Assembly (NCBI GenBank): GCA_008690995.1
Contig: VRMN01000003.1
Coordinates: 62,001 to 126,000 of the forward strand
Source of the DNA: Porphyridium purpureum
Lineage: Eukaryota
Length of the DNA: 64,000 nt
Direction of reading: 5' to 3'
The position numbers and the translations under genes are program-made. Below are positions 39,245 through 49,258 of this stretch, in pieces (within the stretch, counting starts at the first letter, position 1; each line of letters opens with the position of its first letter). The notes under the pieces are model-generated. The model was not told the DNA's origin. It made no database searches and was given only the letters and a program-made list of their open reading frames with translations.

Positions 39245-42200
39245 ATGGATGGAGTCGAGCGTGTGCGAAGGTGTAGAGACGCGGATGAATACGTGGGATG
39301 GATGCAAGGGCTTCTGGAGGTCGAGCGCGATGAAGAGGTAGCGGTGATGGTCCAAGCGGGCGTCAGCCGGGCTCAGATGGCGCAGATGCAAGCGGCTGGA
39401 GATGCGATTATGCGACTGGAGTTGCGACACGAGAGGACGGGGTTTGGCGGTAAGACCGTGTGGGAGCTGGCCGGCGCGCCGGCGCGCAGGTTGTTGGATG
39501 GCGCTGCGTGCCGCATGCGCACGGGGGATATTGTGACCGTGCGCTGCAAGCATGCCGACGGTGGTGGCACGGGAAGCTCGCTTCGGTTTCATGAGGGCGT
39601 GCTCACAGAGTTGAAGGACGAATCGGTCTCAGTCATGCTCAATCACGATCCGTTCAGTCATCCCACGAAGGATTACACCGAGCAAGCATCCGCGGACTCG
39701 GAAACCTCATCATCTTTCCATTATGCCGTGCTTCGTATCGGTTCGGAGACGACCTTTCTGAAAATGAACGCGGCGCTAAAGCAATTAAGAGCGCTTTCGC
39801 ATAGCCATCCGGCAAGTCGTGTGCGCAGCATTCTCTTTCACAGCGAAATCAAGCCGCAGAACGGGTTGCTGGGTAGCCTGCCCGAAGACGCAAGGCACAA
39901 AATGGAAGCTATCCTGGCTTCCTTGGCACTGAATGATCCGCAAGTGGATGCAATACTTGCGGCGGTGGACGCAAAGGATTTGGCAGTGATACATGGACCT
40001 CCGGGCACGGGGAAGACCACATGCTTGGTTGCGCTGATCTGCATCCTCGTCGTCGTGCTCAAGCAGCGCGTCCTCGTGGTTGCGCCGTCCAATATTGCAG
40101 TAGACAACGTGACTGAGCGCTTAGGCGCCGTCTTACCTCTTGTGGCTGCAGCCGTGGAGGATAAAACATCAAAGCCCAAAAAGATCATTCGAATTGGACA
40201 CCCTGCAAGGATTCTTGCGAATGCGCAGCGCTTCTCTCTCGAGCACGCCTTGGCAGCTTGCGATGAGAGCGCGCTGGTGCGTGATATTCGGACGGAAATC
40301 GATCAGATTGATCAATCGCTCAGCGCTTCTTCCCAAAGGCGTCATCCTGGTGTCGCGGGAAAGAGCACTGACAAGCACAAGCTGTACGGCGAAAGAAGGA
40401 CGCTGAGACGCGAGCTTGCCAAGACGGAGCGATTGGCTTTGAGTCGTACGATCCAGTCCGCGGATGTCGTTCTGAGCACTGCCGTGGGCGCTGGTTCTCG
40501 TTCGGTTTCTTTTGCCACGCGAGGGATGCACGATGGTGACGCTTCTCATGGGCCTGGAAAACCCTTTGACGTAGTCATCGTGGATGAAGCCGGTCAGGGA
40601 CTTGAGCCTTCGCTTTGGATTGCTTTGCTCCAAGCCAGAAAGGCGGTCATGGCGGGTGATCCTTTTCAGCTCCCTCCGACCGTGAAAAGCGCCAAGGCAG
40701 AGCAGGGCGGGCTCGCGGTGTCTGTGCTTGATCGCATATTTGAAAACAAGTCACTGTGTGACCAGGTGGTTCGAATGCTGACGATCCAGTTTCGCATGCA
40801 CAAAACCATTGCCGCATGGTCCAGCGCGAAATTTTACCGGGGTGAGCTGGTCCCACATGAATCAGTAGAGTCACACTTGCTTGCAGATGTTCTGCCGTCA
40901 TCGCCCGCCAGAACGGAGGACGAAAACGTGTCTGAACCTCTCGTTTACATTGATACAGCGGGCTGCAGCTGTGACGAAATGTCGTCTTCTGGACGGACCG
41001 CTGAAGATTCGTCCTCTTCAGGCAGAATTGTGTCGGGGGCGTCAACGGAGTCGCGATTCAATGAAGGGGAAGCACTAGTCATTTTCCGCCATCTCAACTC
41101 TCTTTTGGATGCGGGCGTTGCTGGCGATCTCATTGGCATCATCTCGCCTTACGCGGCTCAAGTGTCTCTGGTGCGTAAGAAACTAGAGTCCGATCCGCGC
41201 GCGAGGGCAGTGGAGGTGAGTACGGTAGACGGATTCCAAGGCCGCGAGAAGGAAGCCATTCTGATTTCGCTCGTCCGCAGTAATGAGAACAAAGAAACCG
41301 GTTTCGTGAAGGACTTGCGGCGAATGAATGTGGCCGTGACCAGGGCAAAGCGCCACCTTGTAGTCGTCGGAGATAGTGACACAATAGGCAACGATTTGCC
41401 CGATTTTATCGAGTTTCTGGAAAGCCATTCGGACTATCGCACGGCGGCATTGACGTTAGACGATCAGTCGGTGGCGGCGATGTCCATGGCGGCTACAAAG
41501 CACGTGAAAACAGGAAATGTGAGTCATGACAAGCAGCCACATGGAGCGAAATCGCAGAAGTCGTCCAAATTGTCCAAATCCTCGCGAGCTAAGCAATCAC
41601 CCTCTGCTTGTGAAAAGGACGCACTCAAGCCAAATGCGGAACGAGCTGCAGAGCATACTGCGGATCATCCAGACGATGCTGCCTTACGCTCGTTCGAAGA
41701 CGAGTGGACGCAGAAGATTGGAGCGTATGCTTCTGATGCGAAGGCCTCGCGACCAATTGAACTTGCTTGCTCGCTAAACGCGAGGCAACGTCTAATCATA
41801 CATCGTGTCGCAGAAGGTTTCTCAAACCTCACACATGAATCGGTGGGCGAGGGGCCTGAGCGGCGGTTGATAGTCGGAAAGAAGAAGCAGGACTGCTCGT
41901 CCGAGACTGCACCACAGCATGCGTCCCCTCTGTCAACACCGGTCTCCGCACCCGAGAAGAAATTGACGGTGGGACCTGCGGAAGTGAGCGAGAAAGCCGA
42001 AGAAGCCCTTTCTGCGCGGAGACCCCGTGCGATGGATGAGGCCATGAAATCGCCACGGTCGACAGCGAAACCGAAGCCTCGGGCTGCAAAGAACAAGCAT
42101 ACTGCTTCAAAGTCTGAAGCCAAGGATGTCGAAAATGATGATGAAGACATCGACATGATTCTTGCCTCCTTGAATGTCAAGGAAACTGGAAAGTCAAATG

Positions 42201-42382
42201 TGCAGCCATCAAGATTTGCACCGCACGTTCAGGCGGCGATCGACAATCAAAAGACCCAGCTTGCAGACCGCGCCGGGAAAGAGAAGGCATCGCATCGGGC
42301 GAGTCTAAAGAAAGTTCTTGATCAGAAGCTCGCCGAAGATTCTGCGAATCGCTCCCGCAAAAGTACAGGAAAGAAGAAATAA
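39245..42382 (+). CDS. IGHMBP2: SF1 Upf1-like helicase SMUBP-2/IGHMBP2 with an R3H domain
   Basis: HGPPGTGKT, APSNIAVDN, DEAGQ, GDPFQLPPT, DGFQGREKE, RMNVAVTRAKR; R3H LNARQRLIIH...HESVGEG..R. Confidence 0.93.
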   Translation: MDGVERVRRCRDADEYVGWMQGLLEVERDEEVAVMVQAGVSRAQMAQMQAAGDAIMRLELRHERTGFGGKTVWELAGAPARRLLDGAACRMRTGDIVTVRCKHADGGGTGSSLRFHEGVLTELKDESVSVMLNHDPFSHPTKDYTEQASADSETSSSFHYAVLRIGSETTFLKMNAALKQLRALSHSHPASRVRSILFHSEIKPQNGLLGSLPEDARHKMEAILASLALNDPQVDAILAAVDAKDLAVIHGPPGTGKTTCLVALICILVVVLKQRVLVVAPSNIAVDNVTERLGAVLPLVAAAVEDKTSKPKKIIRIGHPARILANAQRFSLEHALAACDESALVRDIRTEIDQIDQSLSASSQRRHPGVAGKSTDKHKLYGERRTLRRELAKTERLALSRTIQSADVVLSTAVGAGSRSVSFATRGMHDGDASHGPGKPFDVVIVDEAGQGLEPSLWIALLQARKAVMAGDPFQLPPTVKSAKAEQGGLAVSVLDRIFENKSLCDQVVRMLTIQFRMHKTIAAWSSAKFYRGELVPHESVESHLLADVLPSSPARTEDENVSEPLVYIDTAGCSCDEMSSSGRTAEDSSSSGRIVSGASTESRFNEGEALVIFRHLNSLLDAGVAGDLIGIISPYAAQVSLVRKKLESDPRARAVEVSTVDGFQGREKEAILISLVRSNENKETGFVKDLRRMNVAVTRAKRHLVVVGDSDTIGNDLPDFIEFLESHSDYRTAALTLDDQSVAAMSMAATKHVKTGNVSHDKQPHGAKSQKSSKLSKSSRAKQSPSACEKDALKPNAERAAEHTADHPDDAALRSFEDEWTQKIGAYASDAKASRPIELACSLNARQRLIIHRVAEGFSNLTHESVGEGPERRLIVGKKKQDCSSETAPQHASPLSTPVSAPEKKLTVGPAEVSEKAEEALSARRPRAMDEAMKSPRSTAKPKPRAAKNKHTASKSEAKDVENDDEDIDMILASLNVKETGKSNVQPSRFAPHVQAAIDNQKTQLADRAGKEKASHRASLKKVLDQKLAEDSANRSRKSTGKKK

Positions 42383-42474
42383 AGGTTTACTATTAGCACG
42401 GGCTTGTATGTTGCCTTTTTGAAGCTTTGCGGTGATGGGTTATATCACCACAAATGACTGGCTCTCCAAGCCGA

Positions 42475-43500
42475 TCAGCTGCCCTTGGGCCCGTCAAGTT
42501 CAGATCGCAGACGGAACAAGGCTTCCCGTGATGAGCCCTTCAGGTTGTCGATCAGCTTGCGACCCTTTTGGCTCACGTTCCGTTCTTGTTCTTCCTGGAT
42601 GGCCTCATTCTGATGCTTTTTCGCGAGCTTGATTTCTTGCGTGAACATGCCTGAACTGAGCACGTGAGCGCCATTATTCTGTGACACTCTTTGCTGCACC
42701 AAGTCCGAAGTAACTGCCCATACCTGTGACTCACCGAGATCGCAAAATGTCTTGCTCTGTTGTTCAATGTAATCGTCCGCGGTGCCTTTCCCCGTATAAA
42801 TAATCTTGACGCCGTTCTGCGACTCTTCGGTCTGCGCCTTTGCATTGCCGTATGCATCGTACACGATGACGCACTGCCAGCCGCGATACACAGCAAACTG
42901 GCTGACTTCCACTAGCAGGAGCTCACGAGCGCCTTCCATGTCGCCAGCGTCGCGTCTTTTCTTTAGCTTCTTCCAATAGCCAATGACATTGTAGCCATCA
43001 ATGAGACAAACCGGTTGCGCAACCTTGCTATACTTTCCCGCCGGCATGGGTTCCGCGGCTTTCCGTCGCGCTCGGCGTCGCAAGTACGCGCTATCGTCGT
43101 CATCTGACTCGAGAAGCGCGTCTTCCTTTTTCCGCCGAAACGACGTGCGTATCTTTGGCTTTTGCGGCCTGGACATCTCCTCCACTTTTCTGAGCAGCCG
43201 GATCTGCTGCTTCACGGACATGGGCCCGTCCACCGCAATACGCCTGGGCTGGAAAGCATTCGCCGCCGACTCCTCTTTCTCCTCATCGCGGCCTTTATTC
43301 TTCTTCCCCGCATTCTCGCCAGCCACCATATAAAGCGAGAACGCGCGGCCGCCACGCAGACCTGCACGCGCCGTCGTGTGCAGATCGACGCCGCATCCGA
43401 ACGCACGCCTGACGCGGACTCGGCGCCACCCATCACCTGCGCGACCAGTGCGCTTTGCATCCGCTACAAACCCTGCGTGGCCATGCAGGAAACATGCCAT
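42475..43500 (-). CDS. YacP/Rae1-like NYN-domain RNase, probably plastid-targeted
   Basis: LIDGYNVIG, IVYDA, TADDYIE, VTSD; start MACF resembles a transit peptide. Confidence 0.88.
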   Translation of the reverse strand: MACFLHGHAGFVADAKRTGRAGDGWRRVRVRRAFGCGVDLHTTARAGLRGGRAFSLYMVAGENAGKKNKGRDEEKEESAANAFQPRRIAVDGPMSVKQQIRLLRKVEEMSRPQKPKIRTSFRRKKEDALLESDDDDSAYLRRRARRKAAEPMPAGKYSKVAQPVCLIDGYNVIGYWKKLKKRRDAGDMEGARELLLVEVSQFAVYRGWQCVIVYDAYGNAKAQTEESQNGVKIIYTGKGTADDYIEQQSKTFCDLGESQVWAVTSDLVQQRVSQNNGAHVLSSGMFTQEIKLAKKHQNEAIQEEQERNVSQKGRKLIDNLKGSSREALFRLRSELDGPKGS

Positions 43501-44026
43501 GTCGTTCTTGAAAGAGACTCCGGCGAGGAGCCTGCTCGTCACCGCGAGCACATGCCACTTTCCCCACCTCCCACAACGCCACTCTCCATCTCCCGGTTAT
43601 TCAATTTTGTTCAGCTTCCACTGCGAGGTTGTCCCACTGTGTGTCCAGTGTACCTTCATACTGTACACAAACACGTGTTTCACTGACCAAAAAATCAGAA
43701 AGAAGGCGCGACAACATTGACTGAAAGTGAGCGTTTTTGATAGCAAAGAGAGCGAGCGCTAACGCGCCGTGGGATTTGTTTTTTTTTCGTTAGGGTTGAG
43801 ATGAGGAAACGGTACAGTGGCGGGTGGGATAGAGTACAGTTGAGCTGCGAGGTTGGAAGTGCCGTGGTTTGGGTGTGAGGAGGTTGGGGAAGGAAGGAAA
43901 GAAAGAGAGAGAGAAGGTAATGTGAATGTGTTGGATGTTTAGAGGTACAGAGAGAAAGAGAAGGGAGTCTGTGGTGCTCGCTGGAAGAAGAATATACAGA
44001 GATAGAGGCACAGGTTCTACGTGGTC

Positions 44027-44878
44027 ATGGTGATGGCGCGAGCGCTGACCATTGCCGGGTCAGATAGTGGCGGAGGCGCCGGCATTCAGGCGGATCTCAA
44101 GACATTTCTCGCGCGCGGGGTGTATGGCGCGAGTGTCATCACGGCGCTCACCGCGCAGAACACCCAAGGCGTGCAAGGCATTCTGCAGGTCGATCCTTCG
44201 TTTGTCGCTGCGCAGCTGGATAGCGTGCTCAGCGATATTCGATTTGACGCCCTGAAGACGGGCATGCTCGCAAACGAACCCATCATCAACGCAGTCAGCG
44301 CTCGATTAGAAAAGTACAGGCAGTCGCTTCCGCCAGTTGTCGTGGACCCGGTGCTCGTCTCGACCAGCGGGCAGCAGCTACTGGATGGCGCCGCGCTTAC
44401 GGCGCTGAAAACAAAAATACTCAGCCTCAGCACAATCTGTACACCCAACGTGCCCGAAGTCGAGGCGCTGCTCGATTCGCAGATTGACACCGAGTCGGAT
44501 GTGCGCATGGCCGCCCTGCAACTCGCGCAGCTCGGTCCAAAGTACGTGCTCATCAAAGGTGGTCACATGATTTCATCTCCCAACTCGCCAGAGTCATGCA
44601 CAGACGTGCTCTATGATCGCGAAAGAGACGTCTTCGAAGCTTTCTCCAAGCCGCGCGTGGAGTCGCTTTGTACGCACGGCACGGGCTGTACCTTGTCGGC
44701 GGCAATAGCAGCCGAGCTCGCCAAAGGAACAAACATGGTACAAGCCGTGCGCTTTGCCAAAGACTATGTATACGCTGCCATTGTAGATGGAATTCAGGAC
44801 CTTGGCTCTAGCGGGCGCGGTGCTTTACATCACGGCGTCGGTTTGAAGCCTCTGTCCAGAAGCTGGCTTCCCTTCTGA
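44027..44878 (+). CDS. thiD: Hydroxymethylpyrimidine/phosphomethylpyrimidine kinase (monofunctional)
   Basis: ALTIAGSDSGGGAGIQADLKTF, TALTAQNT, VDPV, TPNVPE, KGGH, THGTGCTLS. Confidence 0.95.
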   Translation: MVMARALTIAGSDSGGGAGIQADLKTFLARGVYGASVITALTAQNTQGVQGILQVDPSFVAAQLDSVLSDIRFDALKTGMLANEPIINAVSARLEKYRQSLPPVVVDPVLVSTSGQQLLDGAALTALKTKILSLSTICTPNVPEVEALLDSQIDTESDVRMAALQLAQLGPKYVLIKGGHMISSPNSPESCTDVLYDRERDVFEAFSKPRVESLCTHGTGCTLSAAIAAELAKGTNMVQAVRFAKDYVYAAIVDGIQDLGSSGRGALHHGVGLKPLSRSWLPF

Positions 44879-44941
44879 GGGTAAAAGAGGGCGCGATGCC
44901 CTCGATAGAAAAAAAGACATTCACAGGTCGCATCCGTCGAT

Positions 44942-46543
44942 TCATGAGGACCTGATTTCGCAGGCTTCGGCGGCGTATCTGGCGCTTTGCATCTCCTTCA
45001 GACGCGATACGGCGCGATGAAAAATGAACTGCTCATCCGCGCCTGAATACAGCGAGCCCATCCCGAACGCGCGGTTACCACGGGAGACGCCGCGCTTGCC
45101 ACTTTCTGTCTCGAATTGTGTGCTTTCAGCGACAGCCGCGTTGTCAATGCCGTGCCCTGTGCCGTCAAAGAGGCGCTCCACCGGCACGGCAGAGGCCAAG
45201 ATGAGCCGGGATCCGGCATCATAGAAGGAGTCGATAAGCAGAATAAAACGGCGAGCCCAGTCTCGAGTCTGGATTGACATCTGAGGCACATTGGCGAGGT
45301 AGAGTCTCTTTACCACTTGCGCCAGCGCAACGTAATCGGCACTCGACCGTGGGCCATCGCACAGCTCGAGAAAATCAAACCACGCTGCCTGCTCGGCGCG
45401 GCATGGAATGTGGAGCGTACGGCCGAACATGACGCGAATCGTGATAGGTTGCTTTCCATGTGGACGGGCGTTCGTGCATTCTCGCCGCCACGCACTGCGC
45501 AGTAGGTTCAAATTTGAAGCGGAACAAGGCCACAGATGCATGAGTTCGCTCTCCGTGCATACAGAGCCAAGGGAAAGGCGGTAGTCGATGGCACCATCCA
45601 AGGAAAGTGAGGTGCAGCTGCTCCTCAAAAGGGCGCTGAATGCCTGAAGATCCTCCCCGGTAAATGTCTGGAGTTCTATCATTTCAGCTGCAAATCTGTT
45701 GCTTGTCGTTACTAGACAAGTTCCGCGGGCCAGCAATTCTTTGAGAAACAAACTGAGCAAACGACTGTCGGCGATGTCAGGCATGCTGAACTCGTCCAGA
45801 CACAGCACGCCAAAGCCCGTATTACTATGGATATGGTCAAGAAACTTATCCACAAGGGCCTGAATCGGGTGTGTCCAGCCCTTCTGCGCTCTGGCGCTTG
45901 GAGAGCAAATGTCGTACTCATGTAACCACTGATGCAAAGTCATGACGAAGAAATGAAAGTGCACTCTCATGCCGGGAATACCTCGCGAACGAGCACGACT
46001 CCAGAAGAGATCCATACACATGGTTTTCCCACGTCCGACAGCGCCATGTAGAAAAACTCCACGCGGCTTTTCTGAGTGTGGAAATTGTGGTTCAGCCGGC
46101 GCATTCAGCTGCGCTGGCGTTAATGCGTGCACTTCCGGCACCTTTTCGAGCTTCAAGTCCATCCAGAAACGTACCTTTTTCCAACCGGAAAGCCCCTTCC
46201 TCCGTTCCTCCTCATCGCGGCGCAGCTTCTGCACCAGAGTATGCCATTCCCGTACGGCCTCGCGATAACGTGCGAGCACCGGCCCAAAGCGTTCAAGCTG
46301 GTCGCCGAGCTCGTGCAATCTCTGCATGACCCATTGTTGAGCCGGATCTAAGCTGACCTTACCAGCATGATGCAATCGTCCAAGTCGTCCAAGCTGCTCC
46401 TCGGCGACCACACGCTCGCGCTCTGAACCTGCATTCACGGTGACACTGGTCCTGCCCTGCGAGACGCCTGCCCAAACCAGCAACCTTTCACCGAATCTCG
46501 TCGGTCTTAAACCAGGAGACCGGTACCGGCACAGGGCGTACAT
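44942..46543 (-). CDS. AFG1: AFG1/LACE1 (ZapE-family) mitochondrial ATPase
   Basis: GVFLHGAVGRGKT..MDLF, RVHFH.F, LCLDEF, TTSNR, FDF.ELC..P....DY, RRFI.LID..YD, F.RAVSRL.EM. Confidence 0.92.
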   Translation of the reverse strand: MYALCRYRSPGLRPTRFGERLLVWAGVSQGRTSVTVNAGSERERVVAEEQLGRLGRLHHAGKVSLDPAQQWVMQRLHELGDQLERFGPVLARYREAVREWHTLVQKLRRDEEERRKGLSGWKKVRFWMDLKLEKVPEVHALTPAQLNAPAEPQFPHSEKPRGVFLHGAVGRGKTMCMDLFWSRARSRGIPGMRVHFHFFVMTLHQWLHEYDICSPSARAQKGWTHPIQALVDKFLDHIHSNTGFGVLCLDEFSMPDIADSRLLSLFLKELLARGTCLVTTSNRFAAEMIELQTFTGEDLQAFSALLRSSCTSLSLDGAIDYRLSLGSVCTESELMHLWPCSASNLNLLRSAWRRECTNARPHGKQPITIRVMFGRTLHIPCRAEQAAWFDFLELCDGPRSSADYVALAQVVKRLYLANVPQMSIQTRDWARRFILLIDSFYDAGSRLILASAVPVERLFDGTGHGIDNAAVAESTQFETESGKRGVSRGNRAFGMGSLYSGADEQFIFHRAVSRLKEMQSARYAAEACEIRSS

Positions 46544-46759
46544 CGTGTCAAGCTATCGAGCGCTTCAGACCAGCGCCGTCCGGTCATCATTTCCGTACGC
46601 GCTAATGCTCAAGAGTCACTGGTCTAGTCGCCTTTGCACGCATACGCTCCACGGTCCAGTCCACTCAAGAAATCTGGCAGGCACGCATGTGCTTTGTTCG
46701 TTTGCGGTGAACCGGATTTTCAGGGAAGGCAAGAAGGAGGGAAATAGAGAGTGGGAATC

Positions 46760-49258
46760 ATGTCGAGCAGCGCAAGTTCCACGAGTGGGAATGTCTTGGT
46801 GACAACGACCATCACAGGCGTGATTCTGGTCGTCGCGTTTCTCATCGTGCACGATGTGTTCCGCCGGATTTTCAAGCGAAACTACGAGTATCGGAGCTTG
46901 CTGAACAGTTACCTGGACTTTGTTGACTACAATGGGCGCCGCGTGTGGGTGCCTGATCGCACGCCGAATAAGTGGCCCCTGTCATGGATTCCGGCCACCT
47001 ACTCTGTCGAGATTTCAGACATTGCGACACACGTCTCGCTGGACGCTGCAGTGTATCTGCAGTTCTACAAATCGAGCGCGAGGCTCTACCTCATGATTGC
47101 CATTCTAACCTGCACCACGCTTATACCGGCGTATATGACAGGTGGGTACAAGGATCTTGACCCGGACGACCCGGCATACGTGGACGGCATTCTGATCACT
47201 ACCATGACCAACGTCGATCCGGGCAGTCGGTCGGTGCTGTGGCTCACCTTTCTGATGGAAGTTTTTGTCATGGCCACGGTGTACGCGTGGTACTACTATG
47301 ACTATGTCAAGTTCGCATGGCTCGCGCGCCGCAAATTTGCTCGCCGCACGCCTGAAAATTTTGCTGTGCTTGTGTCCGATATCCCTGATGAAATGCGCTC
47401 GGAAGAAGCTCTTTACGCGTTGTTTGACCGGCTCTATCCCGGTGAAGTGGCCAAGGTTTACTATTACACGGAGCGCTCGTACATTGATCGCATGAAAATA
47501 TTTTATCGCAAAGCGCTGGAGAAGAAAGAAAGGGCAATGTATGTTTGTGTACACAGCGCCAAGAAGCTCAAGGGGCAGCATCCAACGCAAAAGATTGGTG
47601 GAAATAAGTGCAAGTGCGGCTGCAAACGCAAAGTTCCTAAGGACGTCGTAGATCGTATCGAGTACTGGGGGGAAGAGCAGGAGCGGCTGTGGACATACAT
47701 ACACGAGGCGCAGCGTAATCCAGCGCCAGAAAAGTCGAAAGACACGGGCGGCGCTATTGTGATCTTCAACTCCATTCACACCGCTTCAATGGCTGCGCAG
47801 ACGCAATTATGGTACCGCAAAAGCGAGCTTGGCGTCATGCGCGCGCCGCAGCCGGCTGCAGTACGTTGGTGGAAGTTCAAAATGCCCTATCGGGCCAAGA
47901 TTCCGTGGTCGATCACCACTTTTTTCCTCAACGTTTTGATCATAATTGCGTACAGCCCGATTTCGTTATTTGTTTCAGCATTGTCGAGCATTCCGTCGCT
48001 GGTTCAGATTCCAGGTCTCGAGTGGCTCAGCTTCCTGCTCAGCTGGCCGCAATGGATCCTGAATTTGATCCAAGGTCTGGTTCCGCCTTTGCTTTTGGCG
48101 CTTTTTTCCGTGCTAATCTCGTTGCTCCAGCGTCTGATCATTACGCGCGGCCGACACTTCGGGCAGCAGGAGGTAGAGGACCGCCTGCGCAATTACTACA
48201 CAGCGTTTCTGTTTGTAGCGCACTTCTTCTACGTCCTCATCGGCGGTTCGGTCTTTGACCAGCTGTCGCTATTCTTTCAAACGGGCGAATTTGATTGGGA
48301 ACAGCTCGCCTCGGTTATTCCGGCGCAATCCATCTTTTTTATGAACTACGTACTTTACAATGCGTGTTTCAGTTTCCCGTACCTCTTTTCTGGCTTGGTA
48401 CGCCTGATGCAGCGCTGGTGGATCATCTACGGGCTCGTAGTGCTTCCCAAAACGGAGCGTGAATGGCGTCGCGTGGATGGAGGCATGAGTTCATTCTTTC
48501 TGTACTTCAAGTTCTATGGACTGGGAATGGTGGTGAACCTCATTTGCATTGTCTACTCAACAGTGGCACCTGTCATCAATCTGTTCGCGGTGCTCTACTT
48601 CACGCTGGCGTTCTGGGTGTGTAAGTATCAAATGTGCTTCACCCAGTACAATGCTTGGTCTGCGGAAGGCTACTATTTTCACGGTGTGTTCGCATTTAAT
48701 GTCGTGTCGCTGTTCATCAAGCAATTTTTCATGATCTTCTTGTTTACGCTGAACGGTGCGGCAGTACAGGCCACGCTCGAGGCCATCTTTTTCGTGTCCT
48801 CAATTGCTATATTTACCGTGATTCGTTCGCGCTTTGGAAGGATTAGTCGTTACGGTTCCATTGCGTCAATTTTTGACAGCTACGGAAAGACAATTGGGGC
48901 TGAAGATTATTTGCCGAAGCGGTATCTGAAGGCGTACATTCCTCCATCACTGCAGAGGCTGCCCGACCCATACGACTTGAGCGGCTTAACCGCCGAAGAG
49001 GCCGAAGCACACGGTCTTGATCTCGAGTTCAAGAACAACGTGCACGATCCGCAGTATGGCACTCGGCTAACTCGCGACGAGCATGGCTGCCCCTTGGAGA
49101 AACTAGAACGAAAACTGGATGATCCGGAGGAGGATGCAGGCGTGCTTATCACTGACTATACCTTGGATCCTGCGAGTGCACCGAGGAGTCAGCCATCATC
49201 CAAGACGCAATCCGCTGTCATGGCCAAGATACCATCCAAGATTGAAGACGAGAAATGA
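46760..49258 (+). CDS. OSCA/CSC1/TMEM63-family calcium-permeable mechanosensitive channel
   Basis: WIP...SLDAAVYL.F, TMTNV, PENFAVLVSDIP, RAPQP..V.W, FFMNYV, YSTVAPVI; about 11 TM segments. Confidence 0.92.
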   Translation: MSSSASSTSGNVLVTTTITGVILVVAFLIVHDVFRRIFKRNYEYRSLLNSYLDFVDYNGRRVWVPDRTPNKWPLSWIPATYSVEISDIATHVSLDAAVYLQFYKSSARLYLMIAILTCTTLIPAYMTGGYKDLDPDDPAYVDGILITTMTNVDPGSRSVLWLTFLMEVFVMATVYAWYYYDYVKFAWLARRKFARRTPENFAVLVSDIPDEMRSEEALYALFDRLYPGEVAKVYYYTERSYIDRMKIFYRKALEKKERAMYVCVHSAKKLKGQHPTQKIGGNKCKCGCKRKVPKDVVDRIEYWGEEQERLWTYIHEAQRNPAPEKSKDTGGAIVIFNSIHTASMAAQTQLWYRKSELGVMRAPQPAAVRWWKFKMPYRAKIPWSITTFFLNVLIIIAYSPISLFVSALSSIPSLVQIPGLEWLSFLLSWPQWILNLIQGLVPPLLLALFSVLISLLQRLIITRGRHFGQQEVEDRLRNYYTAFLFVAHFFYVLIGGSVFDQLSLFFQTGEFDWEQLASVIPAQSIFFMNYVLYNACFSFPYLFSGLVRLMQRWWIIYGLVVLPKTEREWRRVDGGMSSFFLYFKFYGLGMVVNLICIVYSTVAPVINLFAVLYFTLAFWVCKYQMCFTQYNAWSAEGYYFHGVFAFNVVSLFIKQFFMIFLFTLNGAAVQATLEAIFFVSSIAIFTVIRSRFGRISRYGSIASIFDSYGKTIGAEDYLPKRYLKAYIPPSLQRLPDPYDLSGLTAEEAEAHGLDLEFKNNVHDPQYGTRLTRDEHGCPLEKLERKLDDPEEDAGVLITDYTLDPASAPRSQPSSKTQSAVMAKIPSKIEDEK

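Noticed and set aside
43690..44030. TPP riboswitch near thiD
   Set aside because: No recognisable TPP aptamer core upstream or downstream; the leader is simply purine-rich.
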